DNA of 62,447 bases, the filler included, from Candidatus Ancaeobacter aquaticus (GTDB lineage Bacteria; Auribacterota; Ancaeobacteria; Ancaeobacterales; Ancaeobacteraceae): the NCBI GenBank assembly GCA_030765405.1. It is 6 parts of 6 records of this genome, joined end to end, with 100 filler letters (N's around TTAATTAATTAA, not from the genome) between each part and the next. Parts side by side here need not be neighbours in the genome. Positions count along the whole stretch, not along the records: positions 21,582 to 52,531 come from JAVCCP010000023.1; 5 more parts are not named here. One strand, written 5' to 3'. How positions within the stretch are numbered: the stretch's first letter is position 1; each line of letters starts with the position of its first letter. The notes beneath the pieces were generated by a model, which was given only the letters and a program-made list of their open reading frames with translations, ran no database searches and was not told where the DNA came from. Position numbers and translations under genes: made by a program. Of the stretch, positions 37,038 through 47,340 are shown in pieces.

Positions 37038-39722
37038 ATGGTAGCAAATCGAAAACAACCCACTGCAAAGATAAAGAAACTCGAGAAAAGAGTCAGAGAA
37101 CTTGAGAAGAAATTTCATGAGGCGGAAGCAAAAAACCGCGCATTGAAAGATAGTCAAAGCAGATATATGGATGTTTTTCAATGCGGTATGATGGGTGCAA
37201 TATTCTGGAATGCCAAGGGTGATATTACAGATGCGAACGATACTTTCCTTAAAATGCTTGGATATGCTAGAAATGATGTGCTTTCGGGGAAAGTGCGTTG
37301 GTCTGATATGACACCAAAAGAATACAAAGAGAAAGATAAGGCGCTCTTAAAAGAACTTGCACGAACAGGTAAAATAGCGCCTTATGAAAAAGAATATATT
37401 CATAAAGATGGCCGAAGAATACCTATTATGCTCGGCGCTGCAACTTTTTCGGGTTCAAAAACAAGCGGCGTTGCATTTGTTTTGGATATAAAAGAGAGAA
37501 AGGAAGTAGAAGAAAAATTAAAAGAAAATGAAGATAAATATTATACACTGATTGATAAATTGGGAGTTGGGGTTGTTCTTCACGCTCCAGATACTAGTGT
37601 CCTATTAAGTAATCCTAAAGCAAGCGAGATTCTAGGTCTGAGCTCCATTCAAATGAAAGGAAAGAAGGCAATAGATCCTAGGTGGAAATTCGTTATAAAA
37701 GATGGAACAGATATGCCCTTAGAAGAGTATCCAGTAAATAAGGTGATTAAGTCACGAAAACCCCTTTCAGAATACCTTCTTGGTGTTAAAAGGCCAGATA
37801 GAAAATATATTACCTGGGTGAGTGTTAACGCCTCACTTGTTTTTGATAAAAATAATAAAGTCAAATACGCTACTATTTCATTTAGAGATATCACTGAACG
37901 AAAAAGATTTAAAAGTGAAAATGTACACCAAAGACAATTATTAGAATCAGTAGGTGACTATTCAAAAATCGGTGGCTGGGAAATGGATCTGGCAACCGGT
38001 AAGGCAACATGGACAAAAGCTACATATGCTATCGTTGAAATAAAGCAAGGGAGCCCTGTGCCAGAATTTAAAGAACATATCAGCTGGTATCTTCCTGAGT
38101 ATCGCAACATGGTTAAAAAGACAATGAACGCTTTGGTGAGAACAGGAAAACCAATGATGTATAAAGCACCTTTCAAGACAAAAAAAGGAAGAATAAAATG
38201 GGGTGAGGCGCGAGGATGGTGTGTTGTTGAGAAGGGAAAAATGATAAAAATTAGAGGCACGTTTCAAGATATCACGGCAGTGAAGGTTACAGAACAAGAG
38301 CTAAGAAATAGTGAAAAAAAATACAGACTTCTTGTTGAGAATATTCCTCAAAGTATATTTTTGAAGGATAAAAATTTGGTGTATGTGTCGGCCAATAAGC
38401 GTTTCTGTGATGACGCAGGTATTAAAGAAAAAGATATTATCGGGAAAACCGATTACGATCTATTTACAAAAGAACTGGCAGATAGATACAGGAAAAACGA
38501 TAGACAAATAATCCGGCATGGAAAAAAAGAAACTTATGAAGAACCGTACATTGGTGCAGATGGAGTGGAGAGACTGGTATATACAACAAAAGCTCCCGCT
38601 AAAAATGATAAAGGCAACCCTGACGGTGTGATGGGAATATACTGGGATATCACCGAAAGAATTCAGATGGAACATGCTCTGAAGAAAGAACGCTACTATC
38701 TCAAGAAAGCTCAGGAGATAGGTCATATAGGTGCTTGGGAGCTTGATATGGGCGCAAATGAGCTTGTATGGTCGGACCAGGTTTACCGGATATTCGGCAT
38801 GAGGTTGGGAATACCTATTACGTACGAGTCTTTTCTAGGTTGTGTTCATCCGTATGATAGGGAGTATGTGGACAGGGAACGGAAGGCGGCACTGAAGAAA
38901 AAACCGTATAGGATCGAATATCGGATTTTGGTAAATGGTAGTGTAAAATGGGTTACGGAAGAGGCTGAATGGACCTACGATAACAAAGGAAAAGCCATTG
39001 AAGCGATAGGTTTTATTCAGGATATCACCGATCGTAAAAGCATTGAGGTAATGAAAGACAGTTTGATTCGCGACGTATCGCACTCAGTAAAAACACCTCT
39101 TTCCAATGCGCGTATGGCATGCGATATTGTGCAGGACGGTATTGCTCGTAAAGATTCTGATGTAGCCAAAAAAGGGCACGAGATAGTTCTTGAGAACATA
39201 ATAAAGGCGTATCAGGATGTTGAGAATATATTAAGGATATCTTTTATTGAAGAAAATTTTGTTACTGGTGTAAAGAAAGAAGTTTCTCTTTCAGAAACGG
39301 TAGAAAATGTTGTTAACGTATCAATACGTTCAATAAAAGCCAAGAATCTTACTGTAAAGACAAACATTAGAAAGGGCGCTGACAGAATATTCGTAAATCC
39401 CAGTCATTTTCGATTGGTACTGGACAATCTTTTGAACAATGCAATAAAATTTACTGATAAGGGCTGGATAAAGATTAGCACATGTTCCAAAGGTAGTAAT
39501 ATCGTGATAAAAATGACAGATACAGGATGTGGTATGGCGCCAAATACCCGAAAAAAAGTGTTTGATAAATTCTTTAAGCGTCAAGCGGCAGTTGGTGGAA
39601 TCGGGCTCGGACTGAGTATTTGCAAAGGATTTATTGAAAAGTGGAATGGACAGATACATGTAGAGTCAAAAGGTATCGGTAAGGGAACATCTGTTATTGT
39701 AACTCTTCCTAAAAATAAATAA
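37038..39722 (+). CDS. Cytoplasmic multi-PAS (about five) sensor histidine kinase
   Basis: Repeated PAS/PAC ends (DITER); H-box VSHSVKTPL, N-box NLLNNAIKFT, DTGCG, GIGLGL; no TM. Confidence 0.9.
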   Translation: MVANRKQPTAKIKKLEKRVRELEKKFHEAEAKNRALKDSQSRYMDVFQCGMMGAIFWNAKGDITDANDTFLKMLGYARNDVLSGKVRWSDMTPKEYKEKDKALLKELARTGKIAPYEKEYIHKDGRRIPIMLGAATFSGSKTSGVAFVLDIKERKEVEEKLKENEDKYYTLIDKLGVGVVLHAPDTSVLLSNPKASEILGLSSIQMKGKKAIDPRWKFVIKDGTDMPLEEYPVNKVIKSRKPLSEYLLGVKRPDRKYITWVSVNASLVFDKNNKVKYATISFRDITERKRFKSENVHQRQLLESVGDYSKIGGWEMDLATGKATWTKATYAIVEIKQGSPVPEFKEHISWYLPEYRNMVKKTMNALVRTGKPMMYKAPFKTKKGRIKWGEARGWCVVEKGKMIKIRGTFQDITAVKVTEQELRNSEKKYRLLVENIPQSIFLKDKNLVYVSANKRFCDDAGIKEKDIIGKTDYDLFTKELADRYRKNDRQIIRHGKKETYEEPYIGADGVERLVYTTKAPAKNDKGNPDGVMGIYWDITERIQMEHALKKERYYLKKAQEIGHIGAWELDMGANELVWSDQVYRIFGMRLGIPITYESFLGCVHPYDREYVDRERKAALKKKPYRIEYRILVNGSVKWVTEEAEWTYDNKGKAIEAIGFIQDITDRKSIEVMKDSLIRDVSHSVKTPLSNARMACDIVQDGIARKDSDVAKKGHEIVLENIIKAYQDVENILRISFIEENFVTGVKKEVSLSETVENVVNVSIRSIKAKNLTVKTNIRKGADRIFVNPSHFRLVLDNLLNNAIKFTDKGWIKISTCSKGSNIVIKMTDTGCGMAPNTRKKVFDKFFKRQAAVGGIGLGLSICKGFIEKWNGQIHVESKGIGKGTSVIVTLPKNK

Positions 39723-39742
39723 TATGTGAAAGGAGAAAAATA

Positions 39743-40117
39743 ATGAAGGATATATTAATAGTCGATGATGATAAAAACATGGAAGATATTTATAGGCATT
39801 TTTTTTGTGATGTGACAGATAAATATACAATTGATATTGTATGTGATGCGAGAATCGCTTATAAACGGGCAATGGAAAAGACCTATGATCTTATCATTCT
39901 TGATATAATCATGGAGCCTCTGGATGGAGAAGAATTTTATGCGTGTTATAAGAATGAAGCCGAAAAAATAGATCAACCTATACTTGTATGCAGTGTAATT
40001 GATCCTACTGAAATCGGGTATATGAAAAAGTATGGAAGGGTGGGTTTTCTAAAAAAACCTATCGCAAAAAAACAATTGCTTAGAAAAATAGATCGTATTC
40101 TAAAAGGGTCATCATGA
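39743..40117 (+). CDS. Single-domain response regulator
   Basis: LIVDDD, DLIILD, LKKP. Confidence 0.9.
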   Translation: MKDILIVDDDKNMEDIYRHFFCDVTDKYTIDIVCDARIAYKRAMEKTYDLIILDIIMEPLDGEEFYACYKNEAEKIDQPILVCSVIDPTEIGYMKKYGRVGFLKKPIAKKQLLRKIDRILKGSS

Positions 40118-40503
40118 GCAAAAAAGCAAACAAAAAGAAGATATTAATAGTAGAAGACGATAAATGCATGCAGGATATATACAGAAATTTTCTCAGAGAG
40201 TATGTAGGTGTTTATGATATGGAGATTGTTGACGGCGGTATTCCGGGTTATAGAGAATTGCGCGAAAAAAAATATGACCTGGTTATATTAGATGTTCTCA
40301 TGGAAGATATGTCAGGTGATTCACTGTTTGCTCTTATAGCTAATAGCAGTAAAAATGTTGATATCCCCGTTATTGTTGTTAGCGTTTTGAGTCCTAAAGA
40401 CAGTGCGATTACCTTTATTCTTAATCGAGAAAATACCAGTTATCTCAGCAAGCCGGTTACAGCAGAGCAATTGATACATAAAATTAAAGAGGTGTTAGGT
40501 TGA
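40114..40503 (+). CDS. Single-domain response regulator
   Basis: IVEDD, DLVILD, LSKP; ATGA overlap with the previous gene. Confidence 0.9.
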   Translation: MSKKANKKKILIVEDDKCMQDIYRNFLREYVGVYDMEIVDGGIPGYRELREKKYDLVILDVLMEDMSGDSLFALIANSSKNVDIPVIVVSVLSPKDSAITFILNRENTSYLSKPVTAEQLIHKIKEVLG

Positions 40504-40808
40504 AATAGGGGGGACTGTTGTCCCTTTTCTAATAGTGACTGTGAAAAGTGTACACATCGTAGTGTTTGTATAGTAGAATGCCTTTCGAAGGATGCGAGAG
40601 GCAGCGTTTAGAAGGAAAATAATACGCGAAAGATTGTTTTGATTGTCCCTGCCGTTTGAATGTAAGCCCTCTTGATGCAAGAAAGTGTTCACGTAAAGTT
40701 TGAGAAAGGAATTACAAATCACTTTGCCGGATGGTTTTTGGGTGGCACTTACTTGTTACAGGTAAAAAGATAGAAAGATTCTTAATAAAAATACAAAGGA
40801 GAAATAAA

Positions 40809-42503
40809 ATGTCTAAAAAGATTATCGTAATTGGAGGGTCAGCTGCAGGGCCAAAAGCCGCAGCAAGAGCAAAACGGCTTGATCAGGAAGCTGAGATTAC
40901 TATCATTCAAAAAGCCGCGGACTTATCTATGGCTTCATGCGGATATCCATATTATATAGGGGGAGTCTTTGAGGATAGAAACATGTTAGTATCGACACCT
41001 ACCGGAGTTACCAGAAATCCAAAGTTTTTTTTGAATGCAAAAGGCATTAATGCAAAAACTGAAACTGAAGTTATTGAAATCAATAAGGAAGCTCACACGG
41101 TTACATTAAAGGACTTAAAAACGAATGCTACTGAAATTGCGGATTATGATAAGTTAATTATTGCTACGGGATCAATACCCCGCATCCCGAATATCCCCGG
41201 TAATGATTTGCAAGGGATTACTACGTTACAATCAATGAAAGATGCCGATTATTTAAGAAAAATTCGTGATGAAGGTATAATTAAAAAAGCGGTAATTATT
41301 GGCGGGGGATTAATCGGTATTGAAACCTGTGAAGCTTTACATTTAGCGGGGATTGAGACAATTATTATTGAATTATTGCCGCAGTTGTTAACATTTTTAG
41401 ATATTGAATTGGCGAAATTAGTTGAAAATCATGTAAAAAGTAAAGGAGCAAATGTTCTTACAAATAATGGATTAGTAGAATTTCTTGGCGAGAACGGAGT
41501 TCTGAATGCAGTTAAATTGCAAAATGGCACTGAATTACCATGTGAATTAGCTGTTGTAGCTATTGGCGTAAAACCAAACACTTCTTTAGCGAAAAGAGCG
41601 GGCCTTCAAATCGGTGAAACCAATGGTATATCCGTAAATGAATATCTGCAAACTTCTGATCCTGATATTTACGCTGCGGGAGATTGTATTGAAGTAATAA
41701 ATTTAAATACAAATAAAAAAACAGTAGCTCCATATGGAGATTTGGCAAACCTTGAAGGACGTGTTGCCGGAGAAAATGTTATCTGCGGTAATAGTGTAAC
41801 TTTTCCAGGGACGATTCATACGGGGATATGCAAAATATTCGATTTTACAGCAGGTAGTACAGGGTTGTCTGAAACTGCAGCCAGGAATGCTGGACGTACC
41901 AATATTGTTACCGTTATCAATGCTAGCCCTGATAAACCTACATTTATGACTGGTAAATTACTTGTTTCAAAAATGACAGTTGAAAAAACAACAGGTAAGT
42001 TGTTGGGATTACAATGCGTGGGACTAGGTGATGTAAGTAAACAAATTTCTATGGCCGCAATGGCTATTAAAGGCGGATTAACTGTGGCAGATATTGTTAA
42101 CGCTGATTTGCCTTATGCTCCGCCTTTTTCGTTAGCAATAGATCATTTTATTGCCACTGCTCATATAATGGAAAATAAAATAAAAGGTAGAATGGACGGT
42201 GTATCAACCAGAGAAGTAAAAGAATTTCTGGATAATAAAAAAGATATGTATATTCTTGATCTTTGCGCCCCTGAGGAGTTTGAATCTATGCGGTTAGGTA
42301 TTGGGGAAACATTAATTCCGCTTGGAGTATTTAGGACTAGACTTCATGAAATGCCGCAGGATAAAAATAAATTAATCATTTGTTACTGCAAAATATCATT
42401 GAGAGGGTATGAAGCTGCAACATTGCTTAAAGCAAAAGGCTGGACAAATGTCAAAGTTATGGAAGGTGGCATTATGGCGTGGCCCTATGCAAGAGAAAGG
42501 TAA
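40809..42503 (+). CDS. CoA-disulfide/persulfide reductase-like FAD oxidoreductase with C-terminal rhodanese domain
   Basis: ATG at 40809; IGGSAAG, SMASCG redox Cys, GGGLIG, DIYAAGDC, DLPYAPP, YCKISLRG. Confidence 0.9.
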   Translation: MSKKIIVIGGSAAGPKAAARAKRLDQEAEITIIQKAADLSMASCGYPYYIGGVFEDRNMLVSTPTGVTRNPKFFLNAKGINAKTETEVIEINKEAHTVTLKDLKTNATEIADYDKLIIATGSIPRIPNIPGNDLQGITTLQSMKDADYLRKIRDEGIIKKAVIIGGGLIGIETCEALHLAGIETIIIELLPQLLTFLDIELAKLVENHVKSKGANVLTNNGLVEFLGENGVLNAVKLQNGTELPCELAVVAIGVKPNTSLAKRAGLQIGETNGISVNEYLQTSDPDIYAAGDCIEVINLNTNKKTVAPYGDLANLEGRVAGENVICGNSVTFPGTIHTGICKIFDFTAGSTGLSETAARNAGRTNIVTVINASPDKPTFMTGKLLVSKMTVEKTTGKLLGLQCVGLGDVSKQISMAAMAIKGGLTVADIVNADLPYAPPFSLAIDHFIATAHIMENKIKGRMDGVSTREVKEFLDNKKDMYILDLCAPEEFESMRLGIGETLIPLGVFRTRLHEMPQDKNKLIICYCKISLRGYEAATLLKAKGWTNVKVMEGGIMAWPYARER

Positions 42504-42868
42504 TATCAACTAAACCATACAGTTTTTTTTATAGTTCTTTACGAGGATGGGGCTCATTCCCTTTAAAACTACCCACTGCGTCGGTGAAAAAGCTTTACAC
42601 ACCAACGCGGTGAAAATTCCACCTAGATTTCTCTAATAAATCCTTTTTACTTTGCCTTTGAACGTATATTCATGACTTCCTCCGGTTTTATCATTTTAGC
42701 TACTCTCCTTAGAGGTTAGCATAACGTTTTTCCCTTCCAGAAGTGGTGCATTTTTCACGCTGATAACTGGTACATTATTACACGCTGATTAACAGTGGAT
42801 CAGAATTTTTATGAAGATGTATTGAAAAGCACGCAAGTAGTAGATGAGGCTTCGTAAAAAAACAGGTT

Positions 42869-45800
42869 TTATTCTTTGTCCTTATGTTTTTCTGCATATC
42901 GTTCACTCATTTGCTGCATGACCACGTAGAATACAGGGACAAAGGGTAACGCAAGGAGCGTAGATGAAAGCATTCCTCCGACAACCACGGTGCCAATCGC
43001 TCTCTGACTTGCTGCACCTGCTCCACCTGCCCACATCAGCGGCATCACTCCGAGAATAAATGCAAAAGAGGTCATTATAATGGCGCGGAATCTTCGCCGT
43101 GTACCTTCAATAGCGGCGTCTTGTATGCTCATTCCATCTTTATGAAGGTCGCGTGCAAATTCAACAATTAGAATAGCGTTTTTACATGCAAGTGCTATCA
43201 TCAGAACCAGCCCCACTTGCGTGTAGAGATTATTGTCATAACCGCGAATAAGGAGTGCAAGGTATACACCTACAAGTGCCATAGGGACTACCAGGATAAC
43301 TGCCGCCGGACTTGTCCAGCTTTCATACTGTGCGGCGAGCACCAAAAAAACAAGAATAATTGACAGGGCATAAATAAAATATGCTTGTGATCCAACTTTT
43401 TTTTGCTGGTACGTTGTTGCAGTCCAATCGTATTTTACCTCGCTGGGAAGATTCTTTTTAGCTACCTGTTCCATCAGTGTCATTGCCTGACCGGAACTGA
43501 ATCCCAGCGCGGCTTGTCCGTATACTGATGCAGCAGGATACATGTTGTAGCGTGTGACGAGCTCTGAGCCGAGCATGTGAAGAACGTCCATCAGTGTACC
43601 GAGCGGGACCATTTCTCCTTTGGAGTTACGGACATAAAGGTCTTTGATATCTGAAGGCTTTACCCTGAACTGAGCATCTGCTTGTACATATACCTGGAAT
43701 ACCTGATCAAACTTGTTGAAAAGATTGACATATGCAGAGCCAAGATATGATTGTAACGTATTAAAAACAGCCGAAAGTTGTATGTTTAGCGACTCTGCTT
43801 TAACACGGTCTATATTCAAATATAACTGTGGACTATCAGCGTTAAACGTGGTGTTAACTCTTGAGAGCCCCGTCTGGCTGTTTGCCGCACGTATAAGTTC
43901 TCTTGTCACTTTTGCGAGCTCGGTGAGCCCTAGTGAAGCGCGATCTTCAATCATCATTTGAAAACCGCTTGCCGATCCCAATCCGCGAATCGGTGGCGGG
44001 ATCATTGTGAATATTACCGCTTGCTGAACCTGAGAAAACTCATAATTAAGCGTATCGACAATACGTTTTTGTGTTTCTTTCTTTCCGCGTTTTTCCCAGT
44101 CTTTGTATTTAACAAATGCCGAGAAAACATTTGAAACATTAGCTCCGTCTAAGAATGAAAATCCTCCTATTGTCACCCACGATTCTACTCCCGGAGTTCT
44201 TTTAAGAATTTTATCTGCCTGTTTAGAAACTTCTCTTACTCTTGGCTGTGACGCGCCTGCCGGAAGAGTAGCCATTACTATGCAAAATCCTTGATCTTCA
44301 TCAGGTAAAAAACCTGTTGGATGAGTCACAAAACCCCAGCCAGCCAAGCTGATAATGATAAAAAATAAAATAACCATACGTTTGGGTTGAGCTACCATAC
44401 GCTTAATTATGCTCATGTACATATCTTCAACACTTTTAAATGCTATATTAAACCAGCGGTAAAACCAATTGCGCTCTTTTTGCACAACAGGTTTAAGGTA
44501 TAAAGCGCACTGCGCAGGCTTTAGTGTTAATGCATTTAACGCACTGATAATCGCGGTAGAGGCGATAACCAAAGCAAATTGCCTAAAAAGCTGGCCGGTA
44601 ATTCCCGGCATAAAAGCAGCAGGAATAAAGATTGCAATGAGAACAATCGTAATACCCATAACAGGGCCGGTAAGTTCTTTCATCGCTTTTATGGATGCGT
44701 CTTTAGGAGATAAACCTTTTTCAATATGATAAGAAGCGTTTTCAACGATGACTATGGCGTCATCGACCACGATACCTATTGCCAGGATAATGGCGAACAG
44801 TGTCATAAGATTAATGGTGAAGCCCAGCATTGCCATAGCGGCAAAAGCACCGATGATAGTAACCGGTATAGTTGTTGCCGGGACCAAAGTTGCCCGCCAA
44901 TTTTGTAAGAATACCATGATAACGAGTAATACCAATATTCCTGCCAAAAATAATGTGTCGTACACAGATTTTATTGCCTGATTTACGAATATTGTTGTGT
45001 CATAACAGATGGCGTATTTGAGTCCTTCAGGAAAATCATGACTCATTTGGGCTATTATTTTACGAACATCTTTTGCAACAGCCACTGCATTTGCACCCGG
45101 TAATGAATAGACCAGAATGTGACCTGCTTTATGTCCTGACAATTGGGAAAAATTCATAAAATATTGCTGGCTGAGTTCAACCCGTGCGACGTCCCGTACC
45201 CGCACAATCTGAGCTGTTTCACCTCGTACACTGCGAATAATGATATCTTCAAACTGGGGAACATCTGAGAGTCTTCCTAATGCATTAATGGTAAACTGCA
45301 TTGCCTGATCTTTCGGTACAGGAGGGGCTCCGAGCTGTCCGGCTACAACTTGAACATTTTGACTCTTTATAGCGTTTACAACATCAAGAGTGGTGAGTTT
45401 GAAATTCTGTAGTTTATTTGGGTCGAGCCATACACGGATGCTGTACGGACCTGCACCTACTGGCTTTACCTGCCCGATGCCGGGTAAACGAGCCATAGGG
45501 TTTTCCAGATTGATGATACTGTAATTAGTCATAAAGGTTTCGTCGTATCGGTCATCGTCAGAATAGAGTGAAATCACCATAAGAATATCAGTGCTTACTT
45601 TTCGAACAGTTATACCCTGGACTTGCACAACGTCTGGCAGCTGTGCTAGCGCAACGTTTACCATGTTTTGCACGAGAGAAAGAGATGTATTTAAGTTTGT
45701 TCCGATGTCAAATGTGACGGTAAGGGTGTAACTGCCGTCGCTGCCGCTAACAGAAGACATGTAGATAGAGTCTTCGACACCATTTACCGCCTGCTCAATG

Positions 45801-45994
45801 GGAATGCCGACTGTTTTTGCAATTACTTCCGCGCTTGCTCCGGGATATCGCGTCGTTACCTGGATTGTCGGCGGAACAATGTCCGGATATTGAGCTACGG
45901 GCAGATTGTAGAGGGCTACTGCGCCAACAAGAACAGTGATGATGGCAATAACATTTGCGAATATCGGCCGCTCAATAAAAAATTTTGATATCAT
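42869..45994 (-). CDS. RND efflux permease (HAE1 family)
   Basis: FFIERPIFA, QYPDIVPP, GIVVDDAIV, KNAILIVEFA, RFRAIIMTS. Confidence 0.95.
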   Translation of the reverse strand: MISKFFIERPIFANVIAIITVLVGAVALYNLPVAQYPDIVPPTIQVTTRYPGASAEVIAKTVGIPIEQAVNGVEDSIYMSSVSGSDGSYTLTVTFDIGTNLNTSLSLVQNMVNVALAQLPDVVQVQGITVRKVSTDILMVISLYSDDDRYDETFMTNYSIINLENPMARLPGIGQVKPVGAGPYSIRVWLDPNKLQNFKLTTLDVVNAIKSQNVQVVAGQLGAPPVPKDQAMQFTINALGRLSDVPQFEDIIIRSVRGETAQIVRVRDVARVELSQQYFMNFSQLSGHKAGHILVYSLPGANAVAVAKDVRKIIAQMSHDFPEGLKYAICYDTTIFVNQAIKSVYDTLFLAGILVLLVIMVFLQNWRATLVPATTIPVTIIGAFAAMAMLGFTINLMTLFAIILAIGIVVDDAIVIVENASYHIEKGLSPKDASIKAMKELTGPVMGITIVLIAIFIPAAFMPGITGQLFRQFALVIASTAIISALNALTLKPAQCALYLKPVVQKERNWFYRWFNIAFKSVEDMYMSIIKRMVAQPKRMVILFFIIISLAGWGFVTHPTGFLPDEDQGFCIVMATLPAGASQPRVREVSKQADKILKRTPGVESWVTIGGFSFLDGANVSNVFSAFVKYKDWEKRGKKETQKRIVDTLNYEFSQVQQAVIFTMIPPPIRGLGSASGFQMMIEDRASLGLTELAKVTRELIRAANSQTGLSRVNTTFNADSPQLYLNIDRVKAESLNIQLSAVFNTLQSYLGSAYVNLFNKFDQVFQVYVQADAQFRVKPSDIKDLYVRNSKGEMVPLGTLMDVLHMLGSELVTRYNMYPAASVYGQAALGFSSGQAMTLMEQVAKKNLPSEVKYDWTATTYQQKKVGSQAYFIYALSIILVFLVLAAQYESWTSPAAVILVVPMALVGVYLALLIRGYDNNLYTQVGLVLMIALACKNAILIVEFARDLHKDGMSIQDAAIEGTRRRFRAIIMTSFAFILGVMPLMWAGGAGAASQRAIGTVVVGGMLSSTLLALPFVPVFYVVMQQMSERYAEKHKDKE

Positions 45995-47151
45995 TACTTG
46001 GATTCTCCGGGGTTGCTCTCAGCCGCATCGACCGGTGTGACGTTCCGACCGGGGTACGCCCGCAAAAGACCTTCGATGATTATTGATTCTTGTCCATTGA
46101 GTCCATCTTGAATAACCTGCATATCACCCTTATCCTGTCCAAGTGTTACAGTGCGACGCTCAACGATATTGTTGTCATTTACAATATACACATAAGGGCC
46201 GATTTGATCGTATCCAACAGCCTTCTGCGGAACAAGTATTACCTGAACATCTTTTTTGATCTGCACTCTGATACGAGCAAAGAATCCGGGAATAAGGAGC
46301 CCCTTAGGATTTTCGAATATTCCACGTAAGAGCAGTGTTCCGGTATTTGGGTCAATTGTAATTGCTTCAAAATCTAAAAATCCTTGATGCGGGTATCCTT
46401 TTTCATTTGCTAACCCCATAGATACAGGCGCTTTCCAGTCTCTATCGACGCTTCTTTTGAGTTCCTTGTTTTCATCCCTGATACGCAAAAGCTCTCTTTC
46501 ACTGATCGTAAAGTAGGCATAGATCGGATCGATCTGATTGATTTCGGCCAGGACAGTTTTTTCTCCTGAACCAACAAGGTTTCCCGGATCTTTTAGGCGA
46601 CGGTCAATTCTTCCGTCAAACGGCGCATTGACTGTTGTATAATCAAGATCTAGCTGGGCAAGGTCTCTATTTGCTTCCGCTTGCATAACAGCTGCTGCGG
46701 TCGCGTCTCTTTGATAATGCCATTTATCGAGGTCAGTTTGTGATGCAGCGGCTTTTTTTACCAGGTCGCTATAGCGGTCATATTCAGTTTGTGCGTGTTC
46801 GAGGTTTGCTTTTTGCACAAGGATCTCTGCATTAGCAGCCTTGAGCTTTGCCTCATACGTATTTTGCTGGATCAAAAAAAGCTGCTGGGCTTTCTTTACT
46901 GTAGCACCATCCTGAAAGAAAACTTTTTCGAGATATCCTTCTACACGTGCACGTAACTGTACGGTGTTTATTGACGAGGTATTACCGGTAAAATTAATGT
47001 ATTCGGTAATTGCTTTCTCAACGGGTTTGCTGACCGTTACTTTAGGGGGATGCGGAGATTTGTATTTATTGCTTTTCCCGCACGATGTCAATGCGATTGG
47101 GGAAAGAAGTATTAATGTTATAATAAAGGTTAAATTTCTTTTTATTGTCAT
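45994..47151 (-). CDS. RND periplasmic adaptor lipoprotein (likely ATG at 47151)
   Basis: LTSC lipobox; LRARVEGYL, APFDGRID, LIPGFF. Confidence 0.92.
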   Translation of the reverse strand: MTIKRNLTFIITLILLSPIALTSCGKSNKYKSPHPPKVTVSKPVEKAITEYINFTGNTSSINTVQLRARVEGYLEKVFFQDGATVKKAQQLFLIQQNTYEAKLKAANAEILVQKANLEHAQTEYDRYSDLVKKAAASQTDLDKWHYQRDATAAAVMQAEANRDLAQLDLDYTTVNAPFDGRIDRRLKDPGNLVGSGEKTVLAEINQIDPIYAYFTISERELLRIRDENKELKRSVDRDWKAPVSMGLANEKGYPHQGFLDFEAITIDPNTGTLLLRGIFENPKGLLIPGFFARIRVQIKKDVQVILVPQKAVGYDQIGPYVYIVNDNNIVERRTVTLGQDKGDMQVIQDGLNGQESIIIEGLLRAYPGRNVTPVDAAESNPGESK

Positions 47152-47228
47152 TGCCCCCCCAAATAAGTAAAATTTTAAATTCCAAAAATTCACCGCGTCG
47201 ATGAATTTTTCTGCTCCCATTCTGTGTA

Positions 47229-47288
47229 ATCCCCCCCCCTAGATTTTCTCGGTCTTCGCCTCCAAAATCATAAAACAGGGGGGATAGT
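47229..47288. repeat. About 60-bp REP-like palindromic element, copy 1
   Basis: ATCCCCCC...TAGATTTTCTCGG...CCTCCAAAATC.TAAAACAGGGGGGATAGT; inverted copy at 49993-50050. Confidence 0.8.
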
Positions 47289-47340
47289 GAGACTTGCCAA
47301 TCTCACAAGTGACAACATTGTGAGATTGGCAAGTCTCACT
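47286..47340. repeat. 23-bp perfect inverted repeat with 9-nt loop
   Basis: AGTGAGACTTGCCAATCTCACAA-GTGACAACA-TTGTGAGATTGGCAAGTCTCACT, touching the stop of 47339-48955. Confidence 0.92.

Noticed and set aside
42500..42860. Stop-riddled reading fragments between the reductase and RND genes
   Set aside because: Too degraded to assign by eye
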